Numbered from the stretch's first letter, positions 1 through 12,678 are shown. The stretch is 28,080 nucleotides of DNA from Octopus sinensis (GCF_006345805.1 NW_021827574.1:1-28080), one strand, 5' to 3'. Notes: generated from the sequence alone by a model not told the origin. A program made the numbers and translations.

Positions 1-129
1 GAGAGAGGGAGGGAGAGATACGTACACATGCAATAATATACACAAACACAAAAAAAAAAACAGTACATAAATTCATTCTCAAAGATATATTTGTGAATGG
101 TTCTATGGTTGCATGAATGATTACCATTG

Positions 130-330
130 GGTGAGTGTGCGTGTGTGTGTAAGTGTGTGTGTGGGAGTGTGTGTGTATGATATATGTATGTATGTATGTT
201 GTATGTATGTATGTATGTATGTATGTATTTATGTTGTATATATTTTATATATTTATATATATATATATTATACGTATGTGTTATTCATATTCTGTTTGTG
301 CATCTTTGAAAGTTTTTTGTGCATTTTATG

Positions 331-381
<51 letters not shown>

Positions 382-490
382 ATATATATTTATGTATATA
401 TGTATATATATATATGCATATATATTTATGTATGTATATATATTATATATATATATATATATCTATATATATATATATAATATATATATG
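130..490. repeat. Compound (GT)n/(TATG)n/(TA)n microsatellite
   Basis: Visible simple repeats; they generate the spurious YI/CV-rich ORFs 113..544 and 153..497. Confidence 0.95.
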
Positions 491-999
491 CATATAAGCA
501 TAAAGGACTGCAATTCATACCATGTGAACTATTATCGTATATAAGCAGTTGACTGTAAAAACATTTGCATGAAGAGAACGGAATCTAGACAGACACATTA
601 ACGACTTGTACAGGCTCAGTGCAATTGTCTGCAGGACTGATGCTATTTGAAACATTCAAGTGCAAGGAACGACTGATACATATATATTTATATACAGCGT
701 TCAATATTTCAGTCTTTGCTGACATTTACGTTATTATACTTTGATAGACATATAAACACACATTCGCAGTTTTCTGTTGTCCATACGAACTTATGTCTAT
801 TGGTAAATGTATATATGTACGTATGTATGTAAATATAAAGCTGTGTGGAAGTACGTATGTATGGATAAATGTATTTGTGTATCTACATTCTTAGACATAT
901 TCTTTTTATGTTTCCTTTTTATTTTTTTAAAAATAAAAATGTCAATGAACGTCTGTATGAAGTTACGTGTACATGGCTGAATGTCGTCGAATATGTAAA

Positions 1000-1029
1000 T
1001 ATGTAAATAGATATATATGTATGTGTGAA

Positions 1030-1071
<42 letters not shown>

Positions 1072-1252
1072 TTTGTGTGTGCATAAACATTTGTAGGTAT
1101 ATGAACAACCTCATATATGTCATGCGCATATTTATAAATATTTATCTTTTTATGTATACATGTACATTGAAGTGCATTCGTATACAAACTCAAAAGCACA
1201 AATATATAATATATGTATGTTATATATATTATAGAAATATATATATATATAG

Positions 1253-1303
<51 letters not shown>

Positions 1304-1319
1304 ATATATATATATAATA

Positions 1320-1351
<32 letters not shown>

Positions 1352-1509
1352 GTATACTTTAAATTAAATACATATATGTATATGTATATGTATATGTATG
1401 TATATGTATGTATATGTATGTATATGTATATGTATATGTATGTATATATGTATATATATCTATATATATATATGTATGTATATATGTATATATATATGTA
1501 TATATATAT

Positions 1510-1557
<48 letters not shown>

Positions 1558-1574
1558 GCATATATATATATATA

Positions 1575-1632
<58 letters not shown>

Positions 1633-1960
1633 CCACACACACACACAGATGCATAATGGACTATAGAATACATTTTTTATATAAAAATATGCGAATATCG
1701 GTATATATATATATATATGTGGTATATATATGTATATATGTATATGTATATATATATGTGCCTCTGTGTGTATGTGTATATATATAAATATATATACAAA
1801 TATATATGTATACTTACACACACATACACGAACATGTTCTTATACTCATGCCTTCGCATATAAATATATTCATGTGTATTCACATATGCTCAATCAGTTA
1901 TTGGGACATACACACAATATCACATATATTCACTCCGAGCAAAGATGCACACGCATACAT
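1000..1960. repeat. Long compound (GT)n/(TA)n/(TATATG)n microsatellite tract
   Basis: Visible simple repeats; source of many low-complexity ORFs. Confidence 0.95.
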
Positions 1961-2012
1961 ATGCACATAGCTACAGATGTAGACACAATTTAAATGCATA
2001 CACCTAGGTATA

Positions 2013-2035
2013 TGTCGTCGTCGTCTTCGCTGTTG

Positions 2036-2105
<70 letters not shown>

Positions 2106-2177
2106 CACTATTATTATCACTATTATTATTACTATTATTATTATTACTATTATTATTATTGTTGTTGTTGTTGTTTG
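2013..2177. repeat. Trinucleotide array (GTC)n-(GTT)n-(ATT)n-(GTT)n
   Basis: Direct reading; source of the poly-L/poly-N ORFs. Confidence 0.95.
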
Positions 2178-2409
2178 TTATCAATATTAAAATCTTATTT
2201 TGATTTCTGCCAGAAACTCAATGAAAAGCAAACCATAAAAAGAAAATGACAAAGAAAAACAAAATATAAATAAAACAAATACATTAAGTGAAATACAACC
2301 AAAATCAGAATGGTTTAAAACATTGAAAAGACCTTATTTTATTATAACTGTGTGAAACCAGTATAAAACACACACATTTACACAGATACACGCACATATG
2401 TGTGTCTGT

Positions 2410-2450
2410 GTCTATATATATGTATATATACATACATACATACATAGACA

Positions 2451-2485
<35 letters not shown>

Positions 2486-2727
2486 TATCTATATATGTAT
2501 GTATGTATGTAGTATGTATGTTTGTATACATATATGTACATGATATGTATATATATATATATATATTGTGAGAGTGAGAGGGAGATAGAGGGAGAGAGGG
2601 AGAAAGACAAATAGTCACACACATACACACACACACGTATATGTATAAATATGTATGCATGTGTGTGTTTGAGAGACGCGTAGAAAGAAAGATATATAGC
2701 CTGATAGACAGACAGACAGACTGACAT

Positions 2728-2812
<85 letters not shown>

Positions 2813-2890
2813 TAGATAGATTCGTAGATTGGCAGAGTGAGAGTGAGAGAGCGAGAGAAAGAAAGAAAGAAAGAAAGGAAGAAAGAAAGG
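2410..2890. repeat. Compound microsatellite including (TA)n, (GATA)n/(GACA)n (about 2700-2820) and (GAAA)n
   Basis: Direct reading. Confidence 0.95.
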
Positions 2891-3088
2891 GGAGAAAGAG
2901 AGAAACTAGTTGTGGAATTTTATTTCCGACTCGTTGATTTTTGTTACATCAAGTGGTCGTTTGATGTCCAGATGCACTTTATGGCATTTAATGTTTAAGA
3001 TGTCTATACAGAAAATTGCGCTAAAGTGGTTTTAATGTGTTGTTCTGTTCCCCCATAGGTAAATATCAACGCAGACGACAGGGCGATT

Positions 3089-3195
3089 GTCACGTGTCCT
3101 CACTAATGCATTCACCCTCCCACCTCCACGTTTCATTTATTTTAGATATCCCATTCTCTTCCTTTCTGATTGGCGCCCTCTGTCGGTGACGTGGA
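3089..3195. promoter_or_regulatory. Candidate cis-regulatory module: E-box, NF-Y CCAAT box, CTCF-like site, CRE-like site
   Basis: GTCACGTG at 3089-3096. The minus strand reads CCACGTCACCGACAGAGGGCGCCAATCAG across 3166-3194, combining TGACGTGG, a close match to the CTCF core (CCGACAGAGGGCGCCA versus CCACCAGGGGGCGCTA) and CCAATCAG. Motif match only; function is inferred. Confidence 0.4.
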
Positions 3196-3489
3196 TAAAC
3201 TACAAACTTGTTTTATTTTGGGCTATTTTTGAAGTGTTTTTGTTATATATATTTTTTCTTTATACGGTGTCTCACCCCCCGCTATACTCTCTAAGCTTTG
3301 TATTTCTTTTATTTGTGTTTCTTTATTTGTTTTTTAAAATATTTTATTTATTTATTTATTTACGCTTAGCAATCCGTTGTTTATTTATCATCAATGAGTT
3401 TGAGATTAATTTATATATCTGTTGATAGGAGGTGAGATGAGAGATTAGAAGATATAGAGATATGAAGAAACAAAGAGAGGTTAAGTGTG

Positions 3490-3499
3490 AGAACGAGAG

Positions 3500-3539
<40 letters not shown>

Positions 3540-3825
3540 AGAGAGAGAGAGATGGTAAAAGGAAAGGTGTGAGATAGAAAGAGAGAAAGAGGAAGAGTAA
3601 GAGCTTGAGTGAGAAAGAGAGAGTAACACTGAGAGGGACAAACATTTAAAAAGTTATATATATATATGACTGTGCACATGTGTTTATATGTATGTAAAAT
3701 AATAGACATCTGTATGCGTGTATGTGTATATATGATATATATATATATATATATGATGTATATGTATATATGATGTATATCCATGTCTTTAACTAACTAT
3801 CTATCTATCTATCTATCTATCTCTA
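3490..3825. repeat. (GA)n, (TA)n and (TATC)n microsatellites
   Basis: Direct reading. Confidence 0.9.
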
Positions 3826-4627
3826 GCTATCTATATGTCTACATATAATTATCATAACCCATAAGGTTTTTTTTCTTCCCATGCTGCCACTAGATTTGAT
3901 TGCTATTTAAAATAACGATCTTATCCTTAAGTTTTATTATATACATTTATATGAATATGGTCATAACGTGTGTGTGTGTGTGTGTGTGTGTAATATTACT
4001 TGTATACTTATTTGTAAGTATACAATATGTGAATGTATATATATGTTTCTAGGCATATATATATGTATATATATGCCTGCTAAAATTGGGGTGCGTCTAA
4101 TACGCCCGAACGTCTTTTGTGCCAAATTTTTCATCAGATTCACAATATTTTTATTAGATTTGATATAGTTTTGTGTAAGCAAATAAAAATAATCGATGAC
4201 AAATTCAGATGCCACAAGTTCGAAACAACATGTACTAATTTATGTAAAATGTAATATTCCATACTATTATAACATTAACACAATATGTGAATACAATTTG
4301 GGCGGCCTCGTTGCTGCAGCAATTTCACTATTAAAATCTCTATTGGAGTTTCACTCGCCTTACGACGGGTAACTTTGGAAGAAAACTTTTGCCACCATGG
4401 GATATTTAAGGAAATGTGGCATACATACAATAATTATAAACGGCGGTGCATCAGCATGGTCGCAGCTCTGAGCTGAAACTAGAGAAAAAAAAATGTGTTT
4501 GCCAGCCGACAGTTAATACAAGGGAGATAATCCTTTCGTCATAATATTTCGCTTGATTAGATCTTTGGATTTGAAATTAAGGAAGGAGAGAAAACAGGTG
4601 TTTATAGTGCACATATATACATATATA

Positions 4628-4789
4628 GGCGTAGGCGTGGCTGTATGATAAGAAGCTTGCTCTCTAACCACATGGTTCCAGGTTCAGTCCCACTGTGTGG
4701 AACCTTGGGTTTTTTACTATAGGTTCAGGCTGACTAAGGCATTGTGAGTGAATATGGTAGACGGAAACTGAATGAAGCCCGTTATATAT
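4628..4789 (+). mobile_element. tRNA-derived SINE group A, 5' half
   Basis: ggcgtaggcgtggctgtatgataag (A-box-like) ... ggttcagtccc (B-box-like) ... ggtagacggaaactgaatgaagcccg; homologous to 19385-19550 and to the reverse complement of 12930-13093. Confidence 0.85.
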
Positions 4790-5254
4790 CAGTTTCCACT
4801 GTCGGGCTGCTTCACGGGCCTCTTCCATTCTGTAATGAAACTTATTTCTGCAAATGTTTAATCAATAAGCATACGAACGAGATAAATGCAGTAAAAATAG
4901 TGGGGCCCCCATTTAAGCGACTCTTCAGAAATTGAGCTTCCTTACGATGCTCCCTGGGAGTTCATTGTATGAATCTCATTGTCATTGCTCCGATTTGGTC
5001 GCCAATGCCATGTATTTAGTTTAAAATGTCGTAAAAATAGGTGAGGGCCAGTGGGTCCCCAATTAGGCGGCCCTTAAAAAAAAGACATCCTTAGGACATT
5101 CCCTGGGATTAGGGAGTTGTTGGCTTGAGTTTTGTTGTCCTTGCACCAACGGTCAAGGAGGAGTTAACGAACATAAAAACGTAACGGACAGAGAAACAGC
5201 ACTCAAATTTACATTAAGATATACATGTATGTATCTGCATATATATGTATATAT

Positions 5255-5312
<58 letters not shown>

Positions 5313-5387
5313 TTAATATATATATATTGTGTGTGTGTGTGTGTGTGTGGTGTGGTGTGTGGTGTTGCGTGCGCGCACGCGTGTTTT

Positions 5388-5555
5388 GTGTCTGTATTTG
5401 TCTCTCACCATAGCTTGACAACCGGTGTTGGTTTGTTTACGTCACCGTAACTTAGCGGTTCGGCAAAGAGACAGATAAAGTAAAACTTCTTCAAGGCGGT
5501 GCCCCAGAATGGCCGCAGTCAAATGACTGAAACAAGTAAAAGAAAAAGATAAAAG
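5388..5555 (+). mobile_element. SINE group A, 3' half
   Basis: gcttgacaaccggtgttggtttgtttacgtcaccgtaacttagcggttcggcaaagagac...ggccgcagtcaaatgactgaaacaagtaaaaga matches 19610-19800. Confidence 0.85.
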
Positions 5556-6055
5556 ATTTTATTTTTTTTTGTCGATTTCTGCATTTCATTCTTTTCCGAA
5601 ACCACCAGCATAATTCAACCCGCAGTATATAAAATTAATCATTTTATAATGAGAGACATTTCATGTAGACGGAAAAGATTTATAGTCTCAAGAATTTCAT
5701 AAAACGTGTGTTGTTCTTTCTATTTATTTTTCATAATCTTTTGTTTCTCTGAGAGGAAAGAAAAAGAAAATTCTTAGTAATTTTTAGCGTCTACATACAT
5801 AGTAACTGTTTCCTTGTGAAGGTGTCGATAGCTGTAAATTAGCTTTTATTAAATTTCCTAGTGCTTATGAGATGAATAATAATCTTCAAGAGAACAATAT
5901 TTGTTACCTGAAAAAAAAAAGAAACAAAATTAAATAAAACAATATTCAAAAATTTATAAAGAATATTGAAAAATTACTCTCCGTGTTGATTTTATATTGT
6001 AGAAATTTACACTCTCACCTTCTCTTTGTCTTCTCTCTCTCTCTCTCTCTCTCTC

Positions 6056-6111
<56 letters not shown>

Positions 6112-6559
6112 ACATACATGCACACACAGACACACACAGACACACACACACACAGACATATACATACGTTATATACACACCACCGCTTCCCCTGCTCCAC
6201 CTCCTGTCTATGATCCTTTCTCACCGTGTCTGTGATCGTATGTTTGCTCGCCTTTGCAGCATTTCTTTACTCATTGCCTGTCATCAAGCCCACTATGTGC
6301 ACTTATATTATGCCTCTGTTATGTTAACTCTTTCCGTATTTATGTTTTTTCTCTCTCTTCCCCCCCTCTCTCTCTATACGATGTAAAATGTAATTGGAGA
6401 AAGCAACCCGCCAACCACCCCTCCACCCATCCACTCATACAAGCAGCCGACCGACCGACCGACCGATCAACCAGCCAACCAGATACGTTCTGATTTTGTC
6501 ACAAATCTAAATGTAGCACTTTGAATCTCTCCAAATAAATTAGGACTATATCATATGCT

Positions 6560-6900
6560 TATTCAATTCAATTTCATCCGTAACGCACCCCTTCATCCCT
6601 CATCATTTACCATGATTATCATTTTACATATTTCTCTGAATTCCTTATTCTAAATTCTCCACTTACTCGAATCCAGTATGATTTCACATTCCATAATTCT
6701 TTACTTCAATCTCCATTATGTTCGTATTTCCAATACAACGATTTAATTAAATATTATTTTCTCGCAAGCAAATACTATATTTTAGCAACGACTTAGAGAT
6801 ATTCTCAGCTGATGTAAACATTTCGAGATCATTCTGTTTGCTTCTACGTTCCTCCATTACTCACATTTAACCATGTTCATACTTTGTAGTCTTAATTATT
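6560..6900 (-). mobile_element. Possible highly decayed CR1/L2-type LINE 3' end
   Basis: Broken minus-strand frames give MEERRSKQNDLEMF and KELWNV...EFRIRNSEKYV, loosely resembling the LEERR..GDLIEMF and LWN motifs of CR1/L2 ORF2 C-termini. Strand-biased composition. Weak. Confidence 0.25.
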
Positions 6901-6947
6901 AATTCCTTATTGTTACAATAACTTAATTCTTTGTTCAGGTATTTATC

Positions 6948-7565
6948 CTTTTCTACTCTAGGCACAAAGCCCGAAATCTTTCGGGAGGGACCCAGTCGAT
7001 TATATCAACTCCATCATTACGCAACAGGTACTTATTTAATCGACCCCGAAAGGATGAAAGGCAAAGTCGACCACGGCGGAATTTGAACTCAGAACGTAAA
7101 GACAGACGACATACCGCTACGCATTTAGCCCGACGTGCTAACGTTTCTTATTTCTTTACTGCCCACAAGGGGCTAAACATAGAGGGTACAAACAAGGACA
7201 GACAAAGGGATCAAGTCGATTACATCAACACCAATGCGTAACTGGTACTTAATTCATCGACCCCGAAAGGATAGAAGGTAAAGTCGACCTCGGCGGAATT
7301 TGATCTCAGAACGTAGCGGCAGACGAAATACCTATTTCTTTACTACCCACAAGGGGCTAAACACAGAGGGGCCAAACAAGGACAGACATAGGTATTAAGT
7401 CGATTACATCGACCCCAGTGCGTAACTGGTACTTAATTTATCGACCCCGAAAGGATGAAAGGCAAAGTCGACCTCGGCGGAATTTGAACTCACAACGTAA
7501 CGCAGACGAAATACCGCTAAGCATTTCGCCCGGCGTGCTAACGTTTCTGCCAGCTCGCCAGCTTC
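6948..7565 (-). mobile_element. Composite of three SINE group B units (two 'X-tail' units in front of a 'Y-tail' host)
   Basis: Three homologous cores (atcgaccccgaaaggatgaaaggcaaagtcgacctcggcggaatttgaactc); tRNA-like head at about 7500-7560; flanking direct repeat gttcaggtatttatc (6933-6947) / gttctggtaattatc (7566-7580). Confidence 0.9.
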
Positions 7566-8106
7566 GTTCTGGTAATTATCAACAAAACGCAGTCACTGCC
7601 CTCGTTATGTGTCTTATAGATTATTATCTCTTATTATAAAAGGCAGATTTTATCTGCCTCCCTTTGTCAGTTATAGAAATCTACAATATAGGATTTCTTC
7701 AATTACAATTTACCTAGCATTTTTAAGAGTAGAATGCATCGGGTCATGCCAGGTCCAGTTTTTAAAATTTAAACTCCAATTAAGCAAAATTTACAGAAAA
7801 CTCACATTCTGGTGTGTATGTCAAATGCTTTTCTTAATGTGGTTTTACACCACACGCACACGCACACACAAGAGTGAGTGAAAATGTTCTTGGAAGAGAG
7901 TAAATAGCGACAGAGTGATTTGAGGAAGACTAAACTGAAAGTATTTCTATAAAACGGATCACACATGCTATCAACATAATTTATCCCACTTTCTCTTTGC
8001 AAGTGTACCTTAAACCACTACTCAAAAAATAAAAAAACACAGCAAACAGAAACAAATAAATACATAACGATTTACTCCTCACACAATTTCTTCAATTAGA
8101 GTTTAC

Positions 8107-8391
8107 CTAAGATTTTTCAAAGTACTCCATTCGGTCATGCCATAACAAATTTCTTTCAATTTCACCCCCAATTAAGACAAAATTCGAGACAACTCAATAT
8201 TTTAACATTTCACTCCGAAAGCATTGATGTACATGTGTGCGTGAGTGTGTGTGTGTGTGTTTGATGGGTTGTGCGACACAGAAAGTGTGGTGTGTAAGTG
8301 AAGTGCTTTTGTTAGTGTGTGTAAAGAGACAGACAGAGTGAAAGACAGAAATAACTGAACTTTTTTTATTCACTTTTTGTAGTGAGTGACT
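8107..8391 (-). promoter_or_regulatory. Candidate transcription start and first exon on the minus strand
   Basis: Inr-like TCAGTC (8393-8388), UTR-like sequence, ATG at 8138 (MTEWSTLKNL), donor AG|GTAAAC at 8107/8106; CpG-enriched unique sequence upstream (8500-9240). No downstream coding exon found. Confidence 0.25.
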
Positions 8392-9311
8392 GAGAGAGAA
8401 AAGAGAGAGAGAGGTTATGTATGTATATATGTATGTATGGCTTCAGTGACACACACACACAAAAACACATACCTACGTACACCTAAGCACGCACACACAC
8501 ACACACAAGCGGAGCGCGAACTTCAAAATTTTGGTAGTATTAATTTGCGAGCGTACTTCTAAGCGCGCGTAATTGAAAGTTTTCACTATGATATCATCAC
8601 GTGCGAAAAAATTCGAAGGGTTTTGAACAATTGAGATACAGATGTCACGCCTGTATTGAAACCATTGCTAAGCTGCCGTAATTGCTTAATTAAGACTTTG
8701 TTTAAATTGAAAGGGGCAAATATGTGACGAGGTTGAAAAAAAATACCCCAGAAAACATACTGCTGGTATTTATATAATTCACTACTATTTTGCTACAATG
8801 TCATGAAAAAGAAAAAAATTAGGTATGTACAACATCGAATTCGCCACCCCCTTTTCCCCGTTCGCGTTTTTATTATTTAAGTTTTAAAAATTATTTACTT
8901 TGTTAAAAAAATATTAATATTAATTAATTTTCAAGAATTATTTAATTTTATTCTGTAAAATAGTAATTAATTCATTTATCTGTAAATCCGCGAGGTTGTT
9001 ACTCAGGCACCTAGAAATAGCAGCCAGATGTTTATATTCTAAATAATTTGCAATTTCAAAAAATATATTAATTTTGCGTTATTTAATTTGATAAATTCTA
9101 CGGAATAATTTTGCGCGTTATATACGTTCGCGTTTCTGTAAAAAAAAGTAATCATTTAAGGGCGATCGAGTATCGAGTACATACGTCTGGCTCGCACGCG
9201 CGAATCCGCGTGTGCGCAACCGGGACCACTCTGCGATACAAGTACCCATATATATATCCATACATACATGTGTGTGTGTGTCTATGTATGTGTATTAATG
9301 TGTGTGTGTTA

Positions 9312-9669
9312 TCTCTATATAAAGCTAAAGTTGTCTGTGTGCGCCACGTTTGGTAACCTTCAACTAACACTATCTCCTCCGAGACCCTGCGTCGCAAGTT
9401 GACCAAAATTGAGAGTATGATAGAAGAAGGGTTGCTCTTCCTACCGTAGAACATAAAATTCAAATCGGACCATGTTAACACCAAAAATTATTTACATCAA
9501 AAAGATGCTTTTTTCTATGAAAATCCCTATTTTTTACGATTTTTTCACTGCTGTGTCGCCACTTTTCGGTGTATTTCGACCAGAAAAATGTTCACAAAAT
9601 TTTTACTTTTCAAAATTACAATTCCAGCGGGTCGAAACAAACCCGTGCAACGCCGGACGATACTGCTAG
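9312..9669 (+). mobile_element. Non-autonomous Helitron (358 bp)
   Basis: 5' TC start (tctctatataaagctaaagttgtctgtgtg), 3' GC-rich hairpin (cccgtgcaacgccgg, 9642-9656) about 10 nt before terminal CTAG, inserted between A (9311) and T (9670) with no TSD. These are the canonical Helitron hallmarks. Confidence 0.85.
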
Positions 9670-9869
9670 TAAACTTATAAACCCGAGTCCGATCGTAGTC
9701 GGCTGATTTATAAACATATACCTACATTAACTCTCAACTCTCTTGATTCTCCCCTCTTCTATTCAGCACAACCCTTTCCTTCCCCCACACTTTGTATTGG
9801 CCACCATAACACACAGCTAAAGGCTAACAGCTATATTTTATCCTGTATGTCACTACTACTGATGTATGA

Positions 9870-10216
9870 GAGGGCACATGGCTCAGCGGTTAGAGCATCG
9901 GGCTTATGATCATGAGGTAGGGAGTTCAACTCCCGGACCGGGCTGAGTGTTGTATTCTTGAGCAAGACACTTTATTTCACGTTGTTCCAGTTCACTGAGC
10001 TGTAGAAATGAATTGTGACGTGACTGGGGCCAAGCTCTATCGGCCCCTTTGCCTTTCCCTTGGATAACATCGGTAGCGTGGAGAAGGGGAGGCTGGTATG
10101 CATGGGCGACAGCTGGTCTTCCATAAACAACCTTGCTCGGACTTGTGCCTCGAAGGGGAACTTTCTAGGTGTAATCCCATGGTCCTTTATGTCCAAAGGG
10201 GATATTTACCCTTTTT
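9870..10216 (+). mobile_element. tRNA-derived SINE group C (CORE-like central domain), near full length
   Basis: A-box tggctcagcggttag, B-box gagttcaactccc, then cttgagcaagacactttatttcacgttgttccagttcactgagctgtagaaatg, which resembles the CORE-SINE domain (cttgggcaagtcactt...ctgtaaaatgg). Confidence 0.8.
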
Positions 10217-11139
10217 AATCTTACCCTGAATATCTAGGTCCTCGGTTCACACAATGCTCTCCCCACTTCCCGGGAACTTGTCTAGCTAAATGATCATTCG
10301 TTTTTAATTGCCCGATATGCTGTTGCTATTCTACACATAGCTTTCTTCATACCATCCCACTTAGTACCCTAATTCCATACCCATATCGACAATGATTATT
10401 TCTTTCTATATATCTCTTTCTAACTATTGAATGTGTCATGGTTACTTCTGCCTATATTCCTCTTATTATGACCTTATATTCTCTGCCTCTCTTCGTTTAA
10501 GCTCACCTATCTGTACCCTCCACTACTTGTATATCATTACTGCCTCTAAGGTTACCTCATTCTTCCTCAGGTGATGGAATAGATTGTAACTACGAAAATG
10601 ATCGCCGATCGTTTGCAGGGAAATGCACCACCTATGCACCTATTCTTGAAACAGCTGTAAGAAATTATCCTCACACTTTCTTCTTTCCTTCTTCCTTTCT
10701 TTCCATTCAGCTTTGGATCCTATCAACGATGACTAGCTGTACCTAGTACCAATAATTCGGACATAGTGTATAACTGTTCTGGGAGAATACTAGCATATAC
10801 CATAACCATTGCCAACATTCCTCAACTGATTTTTTTGTTGACTTCTTGTGATCTATATTCCTGTAACATTCAACGCTTCCCTCCGGCCGTGTCTATGTTT
10901 AAATATATAAATATCATAATCTGACCTGATACCAGTTGTTTGCCGTTTTCTCTTTTCATTCTTTTATACATACTTAAGCCCGATTGAAACACGACCCAGT
11001 GTCAATTATCGTTAAGCAGATGTAATATCCCCGCTGCTTTATTAAGTTGCAGTTCAAGATGGAGTTTAGGCAGCAAGTCAAGCTGAGCGCTAATTGTATG
11101 TGCCAATTACATTACGTCATCACACGTAATATTACCTGA

Positions 11140-11558
11140 ACACACACACACACATACATATATATATATATGTATATGTATGTATATATATATATTTGTA
11201 TATATATACATACATATACAGACACATATATATATATATATGTATGCATTATATATATACATATATGTATATGTATATATATATGTATATATATAATATA
11301 TATATACATATATATATATATATACACGTATATTATGTATGTATATATATGTATATATATATATATATATATGTATGTATATATATGTATATATATATTA
11401 TATATATATATGTATATATATATGCATATGTATATGTATGTATGTATATATATATATATATGTATATAGATATATGTGTGTGTGTGTATAAATATATAGA
11501 TACATATATGTATATTTAAATACATATATATATAAAGAGTATAAAGGGTATATAGAGG

Positions 11559-11593
<35 letters not shown>

Positions 11594-11931
11594 TAAACAA
11601 ATACTTATATATATACAAATATTTATATATATGTACAGATAACAAAGATATATGTCTTTACATACATACGTACGTATTAAATATCTTCATAAAGGACAGC
11701 TATTTTTTAATGAATATATATATAAATTTATATCTACATTTATTTATCTATGCACACACACACACACACACATATATATGTGTATATACATATGTATATA
11801 CAAATGCATATGTATGTAATTGTATACGTAAATATATATATATAATATACTATCTATATCTGTGTGTGTTTATGCACGTATCTATGCGTGTGTTTGTATC
11901 ATACGTATGTATGTATGTATACATCAGCATG

Positions 11932-12003
<72 letters not shown>

Positions 12004-12052
12004 TGTTGTGTGTGTGTGTGTGTGTGTGTTTGTGTGCGTGTGTGTGTACACA
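11140..12052. repeat. Long compound (TA)n/(TATG)n/(GT)n microsatellite tract
   Basis: Direct reading. Confidence 0.95.
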
Positions 12053-12414
12053 CTAGTGTTTTCTGAACAAACATCAAACGATTCCTTTGTACTTAAAACC
12101 AAACTTTAATAATTTCATTAATTAACATATTCTGAAGTCTTCAAAAACCAGCAATATTTTTCTCACCAAACTTTTTCACATTCTTTCATTCTTTTCCTGA
12201 TTTCATTCGTTGAATCAGCTAGGCTATGAACAAGGCCGTTCCAGTCGTGACAGTCCCGTTTAGGAATTCATTAGCAAATCTGTCCTTCCTTTGTGAAGAT
12301 AATAGTATGTAATTGAAGATGAATTCAGCTGGTGTTTCCAGCTGTCCGTATGACCATTTTGAGGCCCCAATCCCCATCAGTCCTTATCGGGGCCAATACT
12401 TTCACCTGGGTGCA

Positions 12415-12655
12415 TATATGTGACCTTGTAGTTGGGGTGTGGCACATGATCTCAAGGTCCTGATTTCGATTCTCAGACTAGAACGGTGCTTTGAGAGCAA
12501 AACACTTCATTTCATGAATTCCAGCAATAACGGGAAAGTTAATCCTGCAGTGGACTAGCGTCCTGTTCAGGGGAAAGCGTGATATCGACCACTTCTACAC
12601 CATAGAAACCGAGAAACGGTCCCTGCGAGTCTGAGGACCCGAGATCGTACTTTAC
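12415..12655 (+). mobile_element. SINE group C, diverged copy
   Basis: gatttcgattctc B-box, gagcaaaacacttcatttcatg core, gtcctgttcagggga shared with 13712-13950 and 17055-17290. Confidence 0.7.
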
Positions 12656-12678
12656 ATGTTTACTTTCATGTTTATCCC

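Noticed and set aside
4083-4112. aattggggtgcgtctaatacgccc resembling pogo/Tc2 MITE subterminal motifs
   Set aside because: No matching opposite terminus was found and the match is too short to support.
4391-4400. Perfect Kozak GCCACCATGG
   Set aside because: It opens only a short ORF running into a SINE-tail remnant; probably chance.
9870-9950. tRNA-like heads (here and in other SINE copies) as tRNA genes
   Set aside because: No complete cloverleaf is seen, and each continues into a shared SINE body.
113-12109. Dozens of ORFs rich in YI, CV or HT dipeptides
   Set aside because: They are translations of (TA)n, (GT)n and (CA)n microsatellites, with no domain signal.
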